This document shows, piece after piece, positions 29,852 to 38,022 of a stretch of 64,000 bases of DNA (positions are counted from its first letter, which is position 1; every line of letters starts with the position of its first letter). The position numbers were made by a program, and so were the translations under genes. This DNA comes from an uncultured Peptococcaceae bacterium (GTDB taxonomy: Bacteria > Bacillota > DSM-12270 > Thermacetogeniales > Thermacetogeniaceae). Below the pieces are notes generated by a model. It saw only the letters and a program-made list of their open reading frames with translations, did no database searches and was not told the origin of the DNA. The DNA lies in NCBI GenBank assembly GCA_963767365.1, contig CAVYEE010000030.1, forward strand, positions 132,475 to 196,474. The letters run 5' to 3'.

Positions 29852-30691
29852 CTACCACTCGGGAGGCAATTTACGGAGTTGGGCCAGGTTGAAGACCGGA
29901 CCGTCGAGACAGATATACTTGGATCCGATGTTACAGCGGCCACATTGACCGATGCCGCACTTCATGCGCCCCTCAAGAGTGGTCACAATCTGGTTATCCT
30001 GGAAGCCTAGCTTCTGCAGCGATGCCAGCACCAGCCTGATCATGATCGGCGGCCCACAGACAACGGCAGTAACGTTATCCGAACTGGGAGCGAGCTCCTC
30101 CAGGCATGTGGGCACAAAAGCCACGTTGCCGTCCCAGCCTGACTCCGGGCGGTCGATCGTGGTGATCACCCTGGTATCCGGCTGGGATGGCCATAACTCG
30201 AACAGCTCTTTCTTAAAGCAGAGGTCTGCCACGCTGCGCGCCCCGTAGAGAATCTGGATGCTGCCATATTTCTCCCGGTTGGTAAAGCAGTGCTTGATCA
30301 GGGAGCGGAGCGGCGCCAGTCCGATCCCGCCTCCGATGAACAGCATGTTTTTCCCCTCGTACTCATCCACCGGAAAGCCGTTGCCATAGGGCCCCCTGAC
30401 CCCTAATTCCTGATCGATCTCGATCTCGTGCAGGGCGTCCGTCAAGAGGCCCACCCTTCTGATGGCAAACTCCAGGTGGTCTTCGGCCTGCCAGGCGACG
30501 GAAAACATCCCCTCGCCGACAGGCAGCAGGGAGACCATGCACAACTGCCCCGGCCTCACCTGAAAAGGCACACCATTTTCAGCGGTTAAGTGAAAGTTCT
30601 TAACGTCATAAGTTTCCTCGATGATGTCGATGACCTTGAAAATCCTCGGAACAAGCAGATTATTGCCATTGCTAACGGGAGACATCTGCAT
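29852..30691 (-). CDS. FAD/NAD(P)-binding + C-terminal [2Fe-2S] oxidoreductase (FlxA / AsrB / sulfhydrogenase-gamma-like)
   Basis: This 279 aa ORF has a ferredoxin-reductase fold (MLFIGGGIGLAPL) and a C-terminal CGIGQCGRCNIG. Confidence 0.75.
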   Translation of the reverse strand: MQMSPVSNGNNLLVPRIFKVIDIIEETYDVKNFHLTAENGVPFQVRPGQLCMVSLLPVGEGMFSVAWQAEDHLEFAIRRVGLLTDALHEIEIDQELGVRGPYGNGFPVDEYEGKNMLFIGGGIGLAPLRSLIKHCFTNREKYGSIQILYGARSVADLCFKKELFELWPSQPDTRVITTIDRPESGWDGNVAFVPTCLEELAPSSDNVTAVVCGPPIMIRLVLASLQKLGFQDNQIVTTLEGRMKCGIGQCGRCNIGSKYICLDGPVFNLAQLRKLPPEW

Positions 30692-31690
30692 TGACCTCCC
30701 CCATCCGGTTGATGATTGATACTATACTGATGCCGCTCGGGCACAGCGCCACACAACGTCCACAACCGCTGCAGCCAAAAGAGCCGTAGCGCTCGGGGAA
30801 GAATTCCAGCTTGTCGAGGAACCGGTTGCGGAACCGGTCGCGCTTATTCGCCCTGGGGTTATGTCCGCCGGCCATCAGGTTGTATTCCTGGTACATGCAA
30901 GAGTCCCAGCAACGGAAACGGCTCCCTGACTGACCGCGATTTTCTACCTGGATGTCAAAGCAGTGGCAGCTCGGGCAGACATACGTGCAGATACCGCAGT
31001 TGATGCAGCGGGATGACAGCTCATCCCACACCGGATGGTCGAACAGGCCGTTCAACCTGGCAGGCAGATCCCGCGTCCTGAGTTCCAGTTGGCAGCCAGC
31101 CGCGGGCTGCCTCGCAAAATCCCCGGCGTCAACCAGCAGGTCGTCCAACCGGTTAGTGAGGTCCCGCCCCTTTGTGGTTACCGGTTCCCAGGCATACCAT
31201 CCGATCCTTCATGGAGTAGCACGTCGGCTACTTCGGCGCCCATCGGGTCAACGCCCATCGATGAGCAGAAGCATAACGGGCCGGGCCGGGCACACGTGAT
31301 GCCGATCACGGTCAACCGGTCTCTTCGTGCCTGGTAAGAGGTATCTACATAGCCCCGCCTCAGGAACACCTGGTCAAGGTTGGCGATACCCCTCCGGTCA
31401 CAGGCCCGCGCCCCGAAGAGGATGCTGGGGTCTAACCCGTCATGCGTCCCGGTGATCTTGACTTGCTGGTGGTCTGCTGTGAAGCCATACATTGTTTCCG
31501 TTTGCGGGAAAACCAACCCTTTTGGGGAAAAGGTGGTATTCAGGCTGTCCAGAACCAGGTCGGACGTGCGCTCAACCGACCACAGCCCGAAACTGCTGGT
31601 TGCCTCATCTTGCAACGGGACATAGATACGGGCCTCTCCTGCCAACCGGTCAAGGACGGCTGTGATCTTATCTTTAGGCAAGCTCTTCAT
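30672..31690 (-). pseudogene. 4Fe-4S dicluster protein (AsrA / FlxB-like); apparent frameshift near 31200-31212
   Basis: ORF 31178..31690 ends ...ADVLLHEGSDGMPGNR-stop. A neighbouring frame is open from (R)IGWYAWEPVTTKGRDLTNRLDDLLVDAG... into ORF 30672..31148 (CINCGICTYVCPSCHC, CSGCGRCVALCP). Confidence 0.65.
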
Positions 31691-31696
31691 CTGATG

Positions 31697-32620
31697 TCAC
31701 CTCTCTGTGGCGAAGGGATCCGGGTCTTCCGCCCCGTACCTGCTCAGGGGTGGTTTTGCCCCCTCTTCCAGGCTCAAGGCGGCCTCGTATGGTCCGAAAA
31801 GCTGATCGACGTCCTTGATCAGCTTGCTGTTCAATAACATCAAGGGAAGCCCCGCCGGGCAGGCCCTTTCACATTCTCCGCACTCCACGCACCGGCCGGC
31901 AACATGCATCGCCCTGATCACATGGAACATCATATTGTCTGCGACATTGATCGACCGCTCGACCCACTGGGGGCGGGTCTCATCAAAAATACAGCGGCGG
32001 CAGTTGCAGGCGACACAGATGTTCCGGCAGGCGTAGCAGCGGATGCACCTGGAGAACAGGTTCGTGAAGAACCGGCTGCGCTCATCGGCGCTCATCGATT
32101 CGATCCGCTTGACGTCGGCAAACCGCTCCCCGCTCAGGTGCGGCGGCTGAGGATCGCCGAGTGTCTCATCGTAGATGACCGGGTTCGGGTGAACGCACTG
32201 CAGGCATTTGCCGGCCAATGAGAGGTGAGATGTGTTCGCACGTCCCAACGCCAGGCCTGATGAGTCCAGGGCTTCGGCCACCGGGTCTTTCATCCCGGGA
32301 CAGGCGATGCCGATGATATAGAGCCTCTCCCGCGGGAATTGCCCATCCTCCGCCAGGCGCACGATGCCGCGGGAATCGCAGCCCTTGACAAAGATGCCGA
32401 TCTTCTCCTGCCTGTCGCGGTAATCGAGCAGATACACGCTCAGGTTGTGGATGCAATACTCGTCGAAGATCAGCCGTCCGGCTTCCTCCTGACGGCTGAT
32501 GAAGGCGGGAACGCTCTGGTTCGTTCCCTGTTCCTTGGCCCAGCCAAAGACCAGGTCTACCTGCCTGTTTTCCAACAGCGTTCTGGCTAACCGCTGTACG
32601 TCGGGCGTTAGATCGTTCAT
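31697..32620 (-). CDS. Fe-S oxidoreductase (FlxC / FrhB-like, two 4Fe-4S motifs)
   Basis: The start is ATG 32620 (MNDLTPDV...), overlapping the corrected upstream stop as ATGA. Motifs are CIRCYACRNICVACNC and CVECGECERACP. The first 52 aa of track ORF 31697..32776 belong to the upstream MvhD domain. Confidence 0.7.
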   Translation of the reverse strand: MNDLTPDVQRLARTLLENRQVDLVFGWAKEQGTNQSVPAFISRQEEAGRLIFDEYCIHNLSVYLLDYRDRQEKIGIFVKGCDSRGIVRLAEDGQFPRERLYIIGIACPGMKDPVAEALDSSGLALGRANTSHLSLAGKCLQCVHPNPVIYDETLGDPQPPHLSGERFADVKRIESMSADERSRFFTNLFSRCIRCYACRNICVACNCRRCIFDETRPQWVERSINVADNMMFHVIRAMHVAGRCVECGECERACPAGLPLMLLNSKLIKDVDQLFGPYEAALSLEEGAKPPLSRYGAEDPDPFATER

Positions 32621-32806
32621 ACGACATCCCTCATTGTTCTGCATGGCCCGAGCCTGCGCACGTCGTCGACCACCATCCTCATATGGTCGGCAAACTTCTC
32701 CCCTCTCGGACCCGGAGATCCAGACCGTATGGTATCTCTCCCGTTCGATGCCCAGGTATTCCATGAGATTTTTCATCAGCGCATGACGCCGTCTGGTATA
32801 ATAATT

Positions 32807-32823
32807 GCCACTAGCATAGTGGC
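32807..32823 (-). other. SECIS-like hairpin 13 nt downstream of TGA 32837-32839
   Basis: GCCACUA-ugc-UAGUGGC lies at the distance expected for a bacterial SECIS. Confidence 0.4.
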
Positions 32824-34399
32824 AGTCACCGATGTGTCAGCCGGACACCAGGACGGCATCGGCTCCCTGATGAAATGCCCGCAGCACGAACTGGGGATCT
32901 ACCCGGCCGGAACAGGGGACACGGATCAGCCTGATGTCGGCCGGATACTGCAAGCGGCTCAACCCCGCCAGGTCGGCCCCGGCATAGGAGCACCAGTTAC
33001 AGGCAAAGGCCACAATCTTAGGCTTCCAATCGCCGTCTAGAGACATAAACGCATCCACCTCCGCAACCAGTTGTTCATCGGTGAAACCCTTCAGATTCAG
33101 CGCTCCCGGCCGGCAGGCACAGACGCAGGCGCCACAGCCCTGGCACAATGCCTCATTGACGGATGCCACCTGGCGCTCGATACCCTGATGGCCGCCCGAC
33201 CGCACAGTTTCCAAGCTGATCGCCTTGTAGGGACAGATCGGAACGCAGAGCCCACAACCGGAGCACTTGAGCGGGTCGACCCCGGAGACCATCGGCTGGG
33301 TGGCCAGTTCTGACTTGGAGAAGAGCCCACAGACCTTGACGGCTGCAGCGCCGGCCTGGGCAACGGTATCCGGAATGTCCTTGGGTCCCTGGCAGGCGCC
33401 TGCCAGGTAGACACCCCCGGTGAATGTCTCCACGGGTTGGAGCTTGCGGATGGGCCTCCTGGAAGAAGCCGTCCTTGTCGGTCGAGAACCCGACCACCTT
33501 GGCAACCTCGTCTGACCCGCCGGACGGAACCATTGCCGTGGCGAGCACCACCATGTCGACTTCCACCTCGAGCAGCAGTCCGAGCAGGGTATCCTCGCTC
33601 TTCAAAACCAACCGCTGGCCGCGGGGGTAGATCTTGCTCACCCGTCCCCGGATGTACTTGACCCCCTTGTTCAGGGCACGCTGGTAAAACTCTTCGTATC
33701 CCTTGCCGGCGGTGCGGACGTCCATGTAAAAGACGTAGGCCTCGCCGCCCGGGATCTTGTCCACCACCTGCATGGCGTGTTTAGCCGTATACATGCAGCA
33801 GGCACGCGAGCAGTAGGACTTGCCCTTGGTGTTGTCCCGCGAGCCAACGCACTTGATGAAGGCCACGCTCCGCGGTTCTTCATGATCGGATGGGCGCTTG
33901 ATCTTACCGCCCGTGGGGCCGGAGGCGTTGACCAGCCGCTCGAAGTGCAGCCCGGAGATCACGTCGGGGAACTGGCCATAGCCGTATTCTCCGTACTTGC
34001 TCGCCCAGTCGAACTGGTCGTATCCGGTGGCCATCACGATGGCACCCACCGACTCGGTCACCAGTTCGTCCTGGTCTTTAAAATTGATTGCCTGGGTGGG
34101 GCAGACCTTCTCGCACACCCCGCATTTGCCATCCGTCAACATGCGGCAGTTTTGCGCGTCAATGACCGGTTTGTTGGGCACAGACTGTGCAAATACTTTA
34201 TGGATGGCCGTTCTGGTTCCCAGTCCCAGGTCAAATTCGTTCGGAATCTTCTTTCTCGGGCACTTGGTCTCACAGGTGCCGCAACCGTTGCATTTATCCC
34301 AATCAACATACTTGGCCTTGCGCCGTATAGTCGCCGAAAAGTTCCCGATATAGCCGTTGACTGCCTCGACCTCTGACAGGGTATAGATTTTAATGTGAG

Positions 34400-34420
34400 G
34401 ATGCTGTGCCACAGCAACCA
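34400..34420 (-). other. SECIS-like hairpin about 19 nt downstream of TGA 34437-34439
   Basis: GGUUGCUG-uggca-CAGCAUCC forms an 8-bp stem with one U.U mismatch. Confidence 0.35.
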
Positions 34421-35040
34421 TCTTGGGGGTGCTAATTCAGGCGGAACAGTCCAGGGTGGGGAAAGTCTTGTCCAACTGGGCCATCTTTCCCCCAATGGTG
34501 GCCTCCCGCTCCACCAGCACCACTTCGTATCCGGCGTCGGCGATATCCAGGGCCGACTGCATGCCGGCGATGCCGCCCCCAACCACCAGCGCCCGTTTGG
34601 TGACCGGGATGGTACCGGTCTGTAGCGGCTTGTTCTTCAACACCTTGAAGACCGCCATTCTGACCAGGTCGCATGCCTTGCGGGTGGCCTCTTCGCCGTC
34701 GGAGTGGACCCAGGCGTCCTGCTCCCGAATGTTGACCATTTCAAAGAGATATGGATTCAAGCCCGCCCTGGCGACCGCCTGGCGGAAAGTGTTCTCGTGC
34801 ATCCGCGGGGAGCAGGATGCCACCACCACCTGGCTTAACCTTTGTTCCCTGATAGCTTTTTTGATCAGCTCCTGTCCCGGATCAGAACACATGTACTTGT
34901 ATGTAGTGCTGAAGACCACGCCGGACATCTTGGCGGCTGACTCGGCCACCTTCCCGGTATCCACGGTTCCCGCGATATTGGAACCACAATCACAAACGAA
35001 GACTCCAACTCTCTTCATCCAAGTCACCTCATTTTTTGAG

Positions 35041-35073
35041 TGATGAGTGATGAGTGATGAGCATGCTCATCAC
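35041..35073. repeat. 3 x TGATGAG heptamer run merging into a perfect 20-nt palindrome (hdrB/hdrA spacer)
   Basis: TGATGAG occurs three times at 35041-35061. GTGATGAGCATGCTCATCAC occupies 35054-35073. Both lie inside the 100-nt spacer between the hdrC/B stop and the hdrA start. Confidence 0.7.
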
Positions 35074-35118
35074 TTCTTTTTAGACTCATTACTTTTTACT
35101 TTTTCACTCATTACATTT

Positions 35119-36535
35119 TTAGCGGGCAAGATGTCTTACCGCTTCCACGAAGTGACGGTTGACCCCGACGCTTTCTGGCGAGGCGCCGCAGGCCACTGCT
35201 ACCAGTTCGGTGATGTAATAGACAGGGATGGTCACTCTTGTCCCCAGCATTCTCTCGATCTGGCGGCGCCGCATATCCAGGTTCGTGTGACAGAGCGGGC
35301 AGGCGGTTACTATACTGTCGGCGCCGCTCTCCTCAGCGTTTTTCAAGATTTTGTAGGCCATCCGGAGACCCACATCCGGAAGGGTGGTTGCCAGGCTGGC
35401 CCCGCAGCATTCAGTCTGATGCGACCAGGCAACCGGCTCGGCCCAGAACCCGCATGATGTTATCCATCGACTGAGGATACTCGGGATCATCGAACCCGGT
35501 GTACTCTACCGGTCTGACCAGAAAACATCCATAATAACAGGCCGGCCGCAGCCTTTGCAGCGGCTGCGTAATTTTACCGGCTACGGCCTCCAGCCCGACA
35601 TCGACTGCCAGTAACTCCAGCACCGAAACTGTTCGGTTGGTCGCCCTGTATTCTATGCCGATCGCTTCATTGATCACCTTGAGCATGGTTGACTGATGCG
35701 CATGGTGTTCAGTCGCCCGGAAGCGGTTGTAGCAGGCGGCACACGGCGCCAGGACATTCAGCCCTTCCTGCTCGGCCAGGGCGAGATTGCGGGCGGGCAG
35801 GGCCAGCGAGAGAAGCTTGCTGGTACTATGAGCGGAAGTGGCTCCGCAACAGCTCCAGTCCTTGATCTCTTGCAATTCGACTCCCAGCAGATCCGCCGTT
35901 TTTTGCACGGAGGACCCGTATTCGGCTGCGGATGTCTCCAGTGAACAACCGGGATAATAGGCGATCCTCAACTCTCTTCCGCCCTCCATCCGTTTCACCC
36001 GGGCATAGATCCGACTGACGGCGTTCCGGTCCTTGACCATATTGGGGAACACGTGCATTTTACCACGCTGCGCCATCGGTATCCCCAGGTCTGTATCCTT
36101 TAACAGTTGACCGGTTCGCAGGTTGTATTCCATCAGCAGGCCAGCCTCGAATAACCGCCCGAATCTGACCACCGACCTGAGGAATACATCATTGAAAACG
36201 GCGATCTTACGATTGGTAACGATCTTTCTTCTCAGGGCTTCTCTTCGTAAAGCATCCATCAGCGCCGCGACATTCACTCCCTGGGGGCAACGGGTCGTAC
36301 AGGTTTCACAGGTGACGCACAACCAGATGCCGTCAGCCTTCAGCGCCTCGTCTACCATCTCCAACTGCAGCAGCCGGATCACCCGCCTGGGCGTGAAGCT
36401 CATGCCAAAACCCGCCGGACATCCCGCCGAGCATTTCCCGCACTGGTAGCACAGGCTGACCTTTGTTCCGCTTTCCTGCTCGATCCGTCTGATCAGATTT
36501 TTTTTAGATTCGTCGGGAGCGAGGATCGCTTCCAA
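35119..36535 (-). pseudogene. HdrC-HdrB fusion protein; apparent 1-nt frameshift near 35441
   Basis: The HdrC part has CYQCGKCSAGCP and CVTCETCTTRCP. The HdrB part has YYPGCSL..WSCCGA and ...ACYYGCFLVRP. It continues in ORF 35119..35490 as ...DNIMRVLG/EPVAWSHQTECCGAS... The preferred start is TTG 36535, 6 nt after GAGGGGGAG, because the track start GTG 36628 lies inside repeat A3. Confidence 0.75.
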
Positions 36536-36596
36536 AAGGGTCTCCCCCTCTATAAAATATCTATGCTTATTTCTCGATTCTCTGTCGTCTTCCTCT

Positions 36597-36733
36597 TTAC
36601 CACAAATGACTACCCGCTCTAATGCCACCGCTTCTGAAGCGGTTGGATAAGAGCGGCTACGCCTCTAGTTAACTATTTCTAAGCTTCAGTGGGGGTAAGA
36701 CAATCTCCCACTGAAGCCAAGAACTAGTTGAAC
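36597..36733 (+). repeat. family A repeat, copy A3
   Basis: This is a full two-module copy, with the inner stem variant GCCACCGCTTCTGAAGCGGTTGG. Confidence 0.85.
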
Positions 36734-36783
36734 AAATTGTATCTACTTCATTATTTCAACCCCGTACCTTGTTTTCGCGAAGG

Positions 36784-36827
36784 CTACTCACGAGAAAAGC
36801 GCCTGGAGGCGCTTTTCTCGTGAGTAG
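36784..36827 (-). terminator. perfect 20-bp stem hairpin downstream of the 157-aa gene
   Basis: CTACTCACGAGAAAAGCGCC-tgga-GGCGCTTTTCTCGTGAGTAG lies 46 nt after the stop at 36873. It has no U-tract, so it could be a terminator or a processing/stability element. Confidence 0.45.
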
Positions 36828-36872
36828 AACTCCGTAACCATAACCTGGTAAATATTCCGTATCAAGGGGTGA

Positions 36873-37346
36873 TTATGAATCATACAACCTAAACAACTTA
36901 CACTCCGGCTGTTTCGCTCGAATTTCAGGCCCGTAGCCATCACGATGTTCAATCTCCAGAGTTTCGCCTTTAAGAGTCGCCCTCATACCTAACGCTGATA
37001 CTTTTACGTAGTTATAACCGTCCTGATATCCGGCAACGCCCTTTTGGTAGACCTGACCATTGGGTATGACCACTGTGTTGCAGCCCGGGACATTTACCTT
37101 TATTTGTTTTCCATCCCAATAGGTATAAATAAAAAACGCAGTGAGTCCAACATACCATTCTCCATCGCGCTTCGTTGCCATAATCAAATTATCGGGATCC
37201 ACTTTTGCGTCCAACATTATAAAACGCACCCTGAGACGTAAAGACTCAGTCTTCGGCCGCCCGAAAATAGCGGTGATCGTGCTGAAATCCCTCGCTTCTT
37301 CATCCTGATAACAAGGATCCTCGATATCCCTCTGTACGACGGCCAT
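36873..37346 (-). CDS. hypothetical protein (157 aa, beta-rich, no recognised family)
   Basis: It has a strong RBS (GAAAGGAGG) and coding-like composition. It is co-oriented with, and 96 nt downstream of, the 64-aa membrane peptide. Confidence 0.6.
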   Translation of the reverse strand: MAVVQRDIEDPCYQDEEARDFSTITAIFGRPKTESLRLRVRFIMLDAKVDPDNLIMATKRDGEWYVGLTAFFIYTYWDGKQIKVNVPGCNTVVIPNGQVYQKGVAGYQDGYNYVKVSALGMRATLKGETLEIEHRDGYGPEIRAKQPECKLFRLYDS

Positions 37347-37441
37347 CCTCGTCGCCTCCTTTCTGGGCAGCTTTTTGCCCCTGACCTTTTTCTGTAACCG
37401 CCGGGTTTTTTACCCGATGGTATGACATGGGTGACGCAAGC

Positions 37442-37636
37442 TCAAACTGTTTCGGCATCGGCATTAGGGAAAGAGACCGGGAACTTGTATATGAGCTTGC
37501 GTCTCTTCTTAGCCATTGAGTAAACCAGGCCAATCGGTGTGCCAGCTAAGCCAATTACCCCTAGCATGATGGTTATGACGGGAACACAAAGCAAATATAG
37601 TATGCCCACAACGATTTTGACGATTACCATGCTCAT
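37442..37636 (-). CDS. small two-TM membrane protein (64 aa)
   Basis: It has an RBS (AAAGGAGGG), two hydrophobic segments (IVKIVVGILYLLCVPVITIMLGVIGLAG) and a basic tail (KKRRK). Confidence 0.55.
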   Translation of the reverse strand: MSMVIVKIVVGILYLLCVPVITIMLGVIGLAGTPIGLVYSMAKKRRKLIYKFPVSFPNADAETV

Positions 37637-37722
37637 TCCCTCCTTTCATGACTTTTGAACCGACACTGTTCTGGCGCCAACATCCTGCATCGACTTGAAA
37701 CAAAGCCAAGGAGCATTTTCAC

Positions 37723-37935
37723 TAACATTTACTATAACTACGATTTCAGTTTAATATGGTTTTAAGGTAATTACCAATTATAATTTGATATGCCACCATA
37801 AGATTTTTCACTAATTATATTTCAATATGCCAGCATAAGATATTTTTATTAATGAACATTTACTATAACTACGATTTCAGTTTAATATGGTTTTAAGGTA
37901 ATTACCAATTATAATTTGATATGCCACCATAAGAT
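37723..37935 (-). promoter_or_regulatory. AT-rich promoter/operator cassettes C3+C4 (exact 81-nt unit duplicated at 131-nt period)
   Basis: 37724-37804 and 37855-37935 are identical by eye. Each carries ATCTTATGGTGGCATATCAAATTATAAT in the minus sense. An extra operator, ATATCTTATGCTGGCATATTGAAATATAAT, lies between them. Confidence 0.6.
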
Positions 37936-38022
37936 AATTCTATATTTGTCGGTTTCCCAAAGGAAACAGAAGTGGAGAATAAACGCAGCATGGGGGGTCA
38001 ATCAGGTGGGGGGAAAATGGTC

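Larger units (their letters stand above)
32617..35018 (-). pseudogene. hdrA: HdrA-ferredoxin-MvhD fusion with two in-frame TGA (Sec candidates) and two apparent 1-nt frameshifts (about 33447, 32703)
   Basis: The start is ATG 35018 (MKRVGVFVCDCGSNIAG), after GAGGTGA. It reads ...QLDKTFPTLDCSA-TGA(34437-39)-ISTPKMV..., then ...[32 protein letters not shown]..., then ...[12 protein letters not shown](32837-39)-HIGDCHY...WISGSE/GEKFADHMRMVVDDVRRLGP. Confidence 0.75.

Noticed and set aside
35041-35073. The TGATGAG repeats resemble the hammerhead ribozyme CUGAUGA core.
   Set aside because: The preceding base is G rather than C. No GAAA box and no three-stem junction can be drawn. The sequence is better explained as a palindrome plus heptamer repeats.
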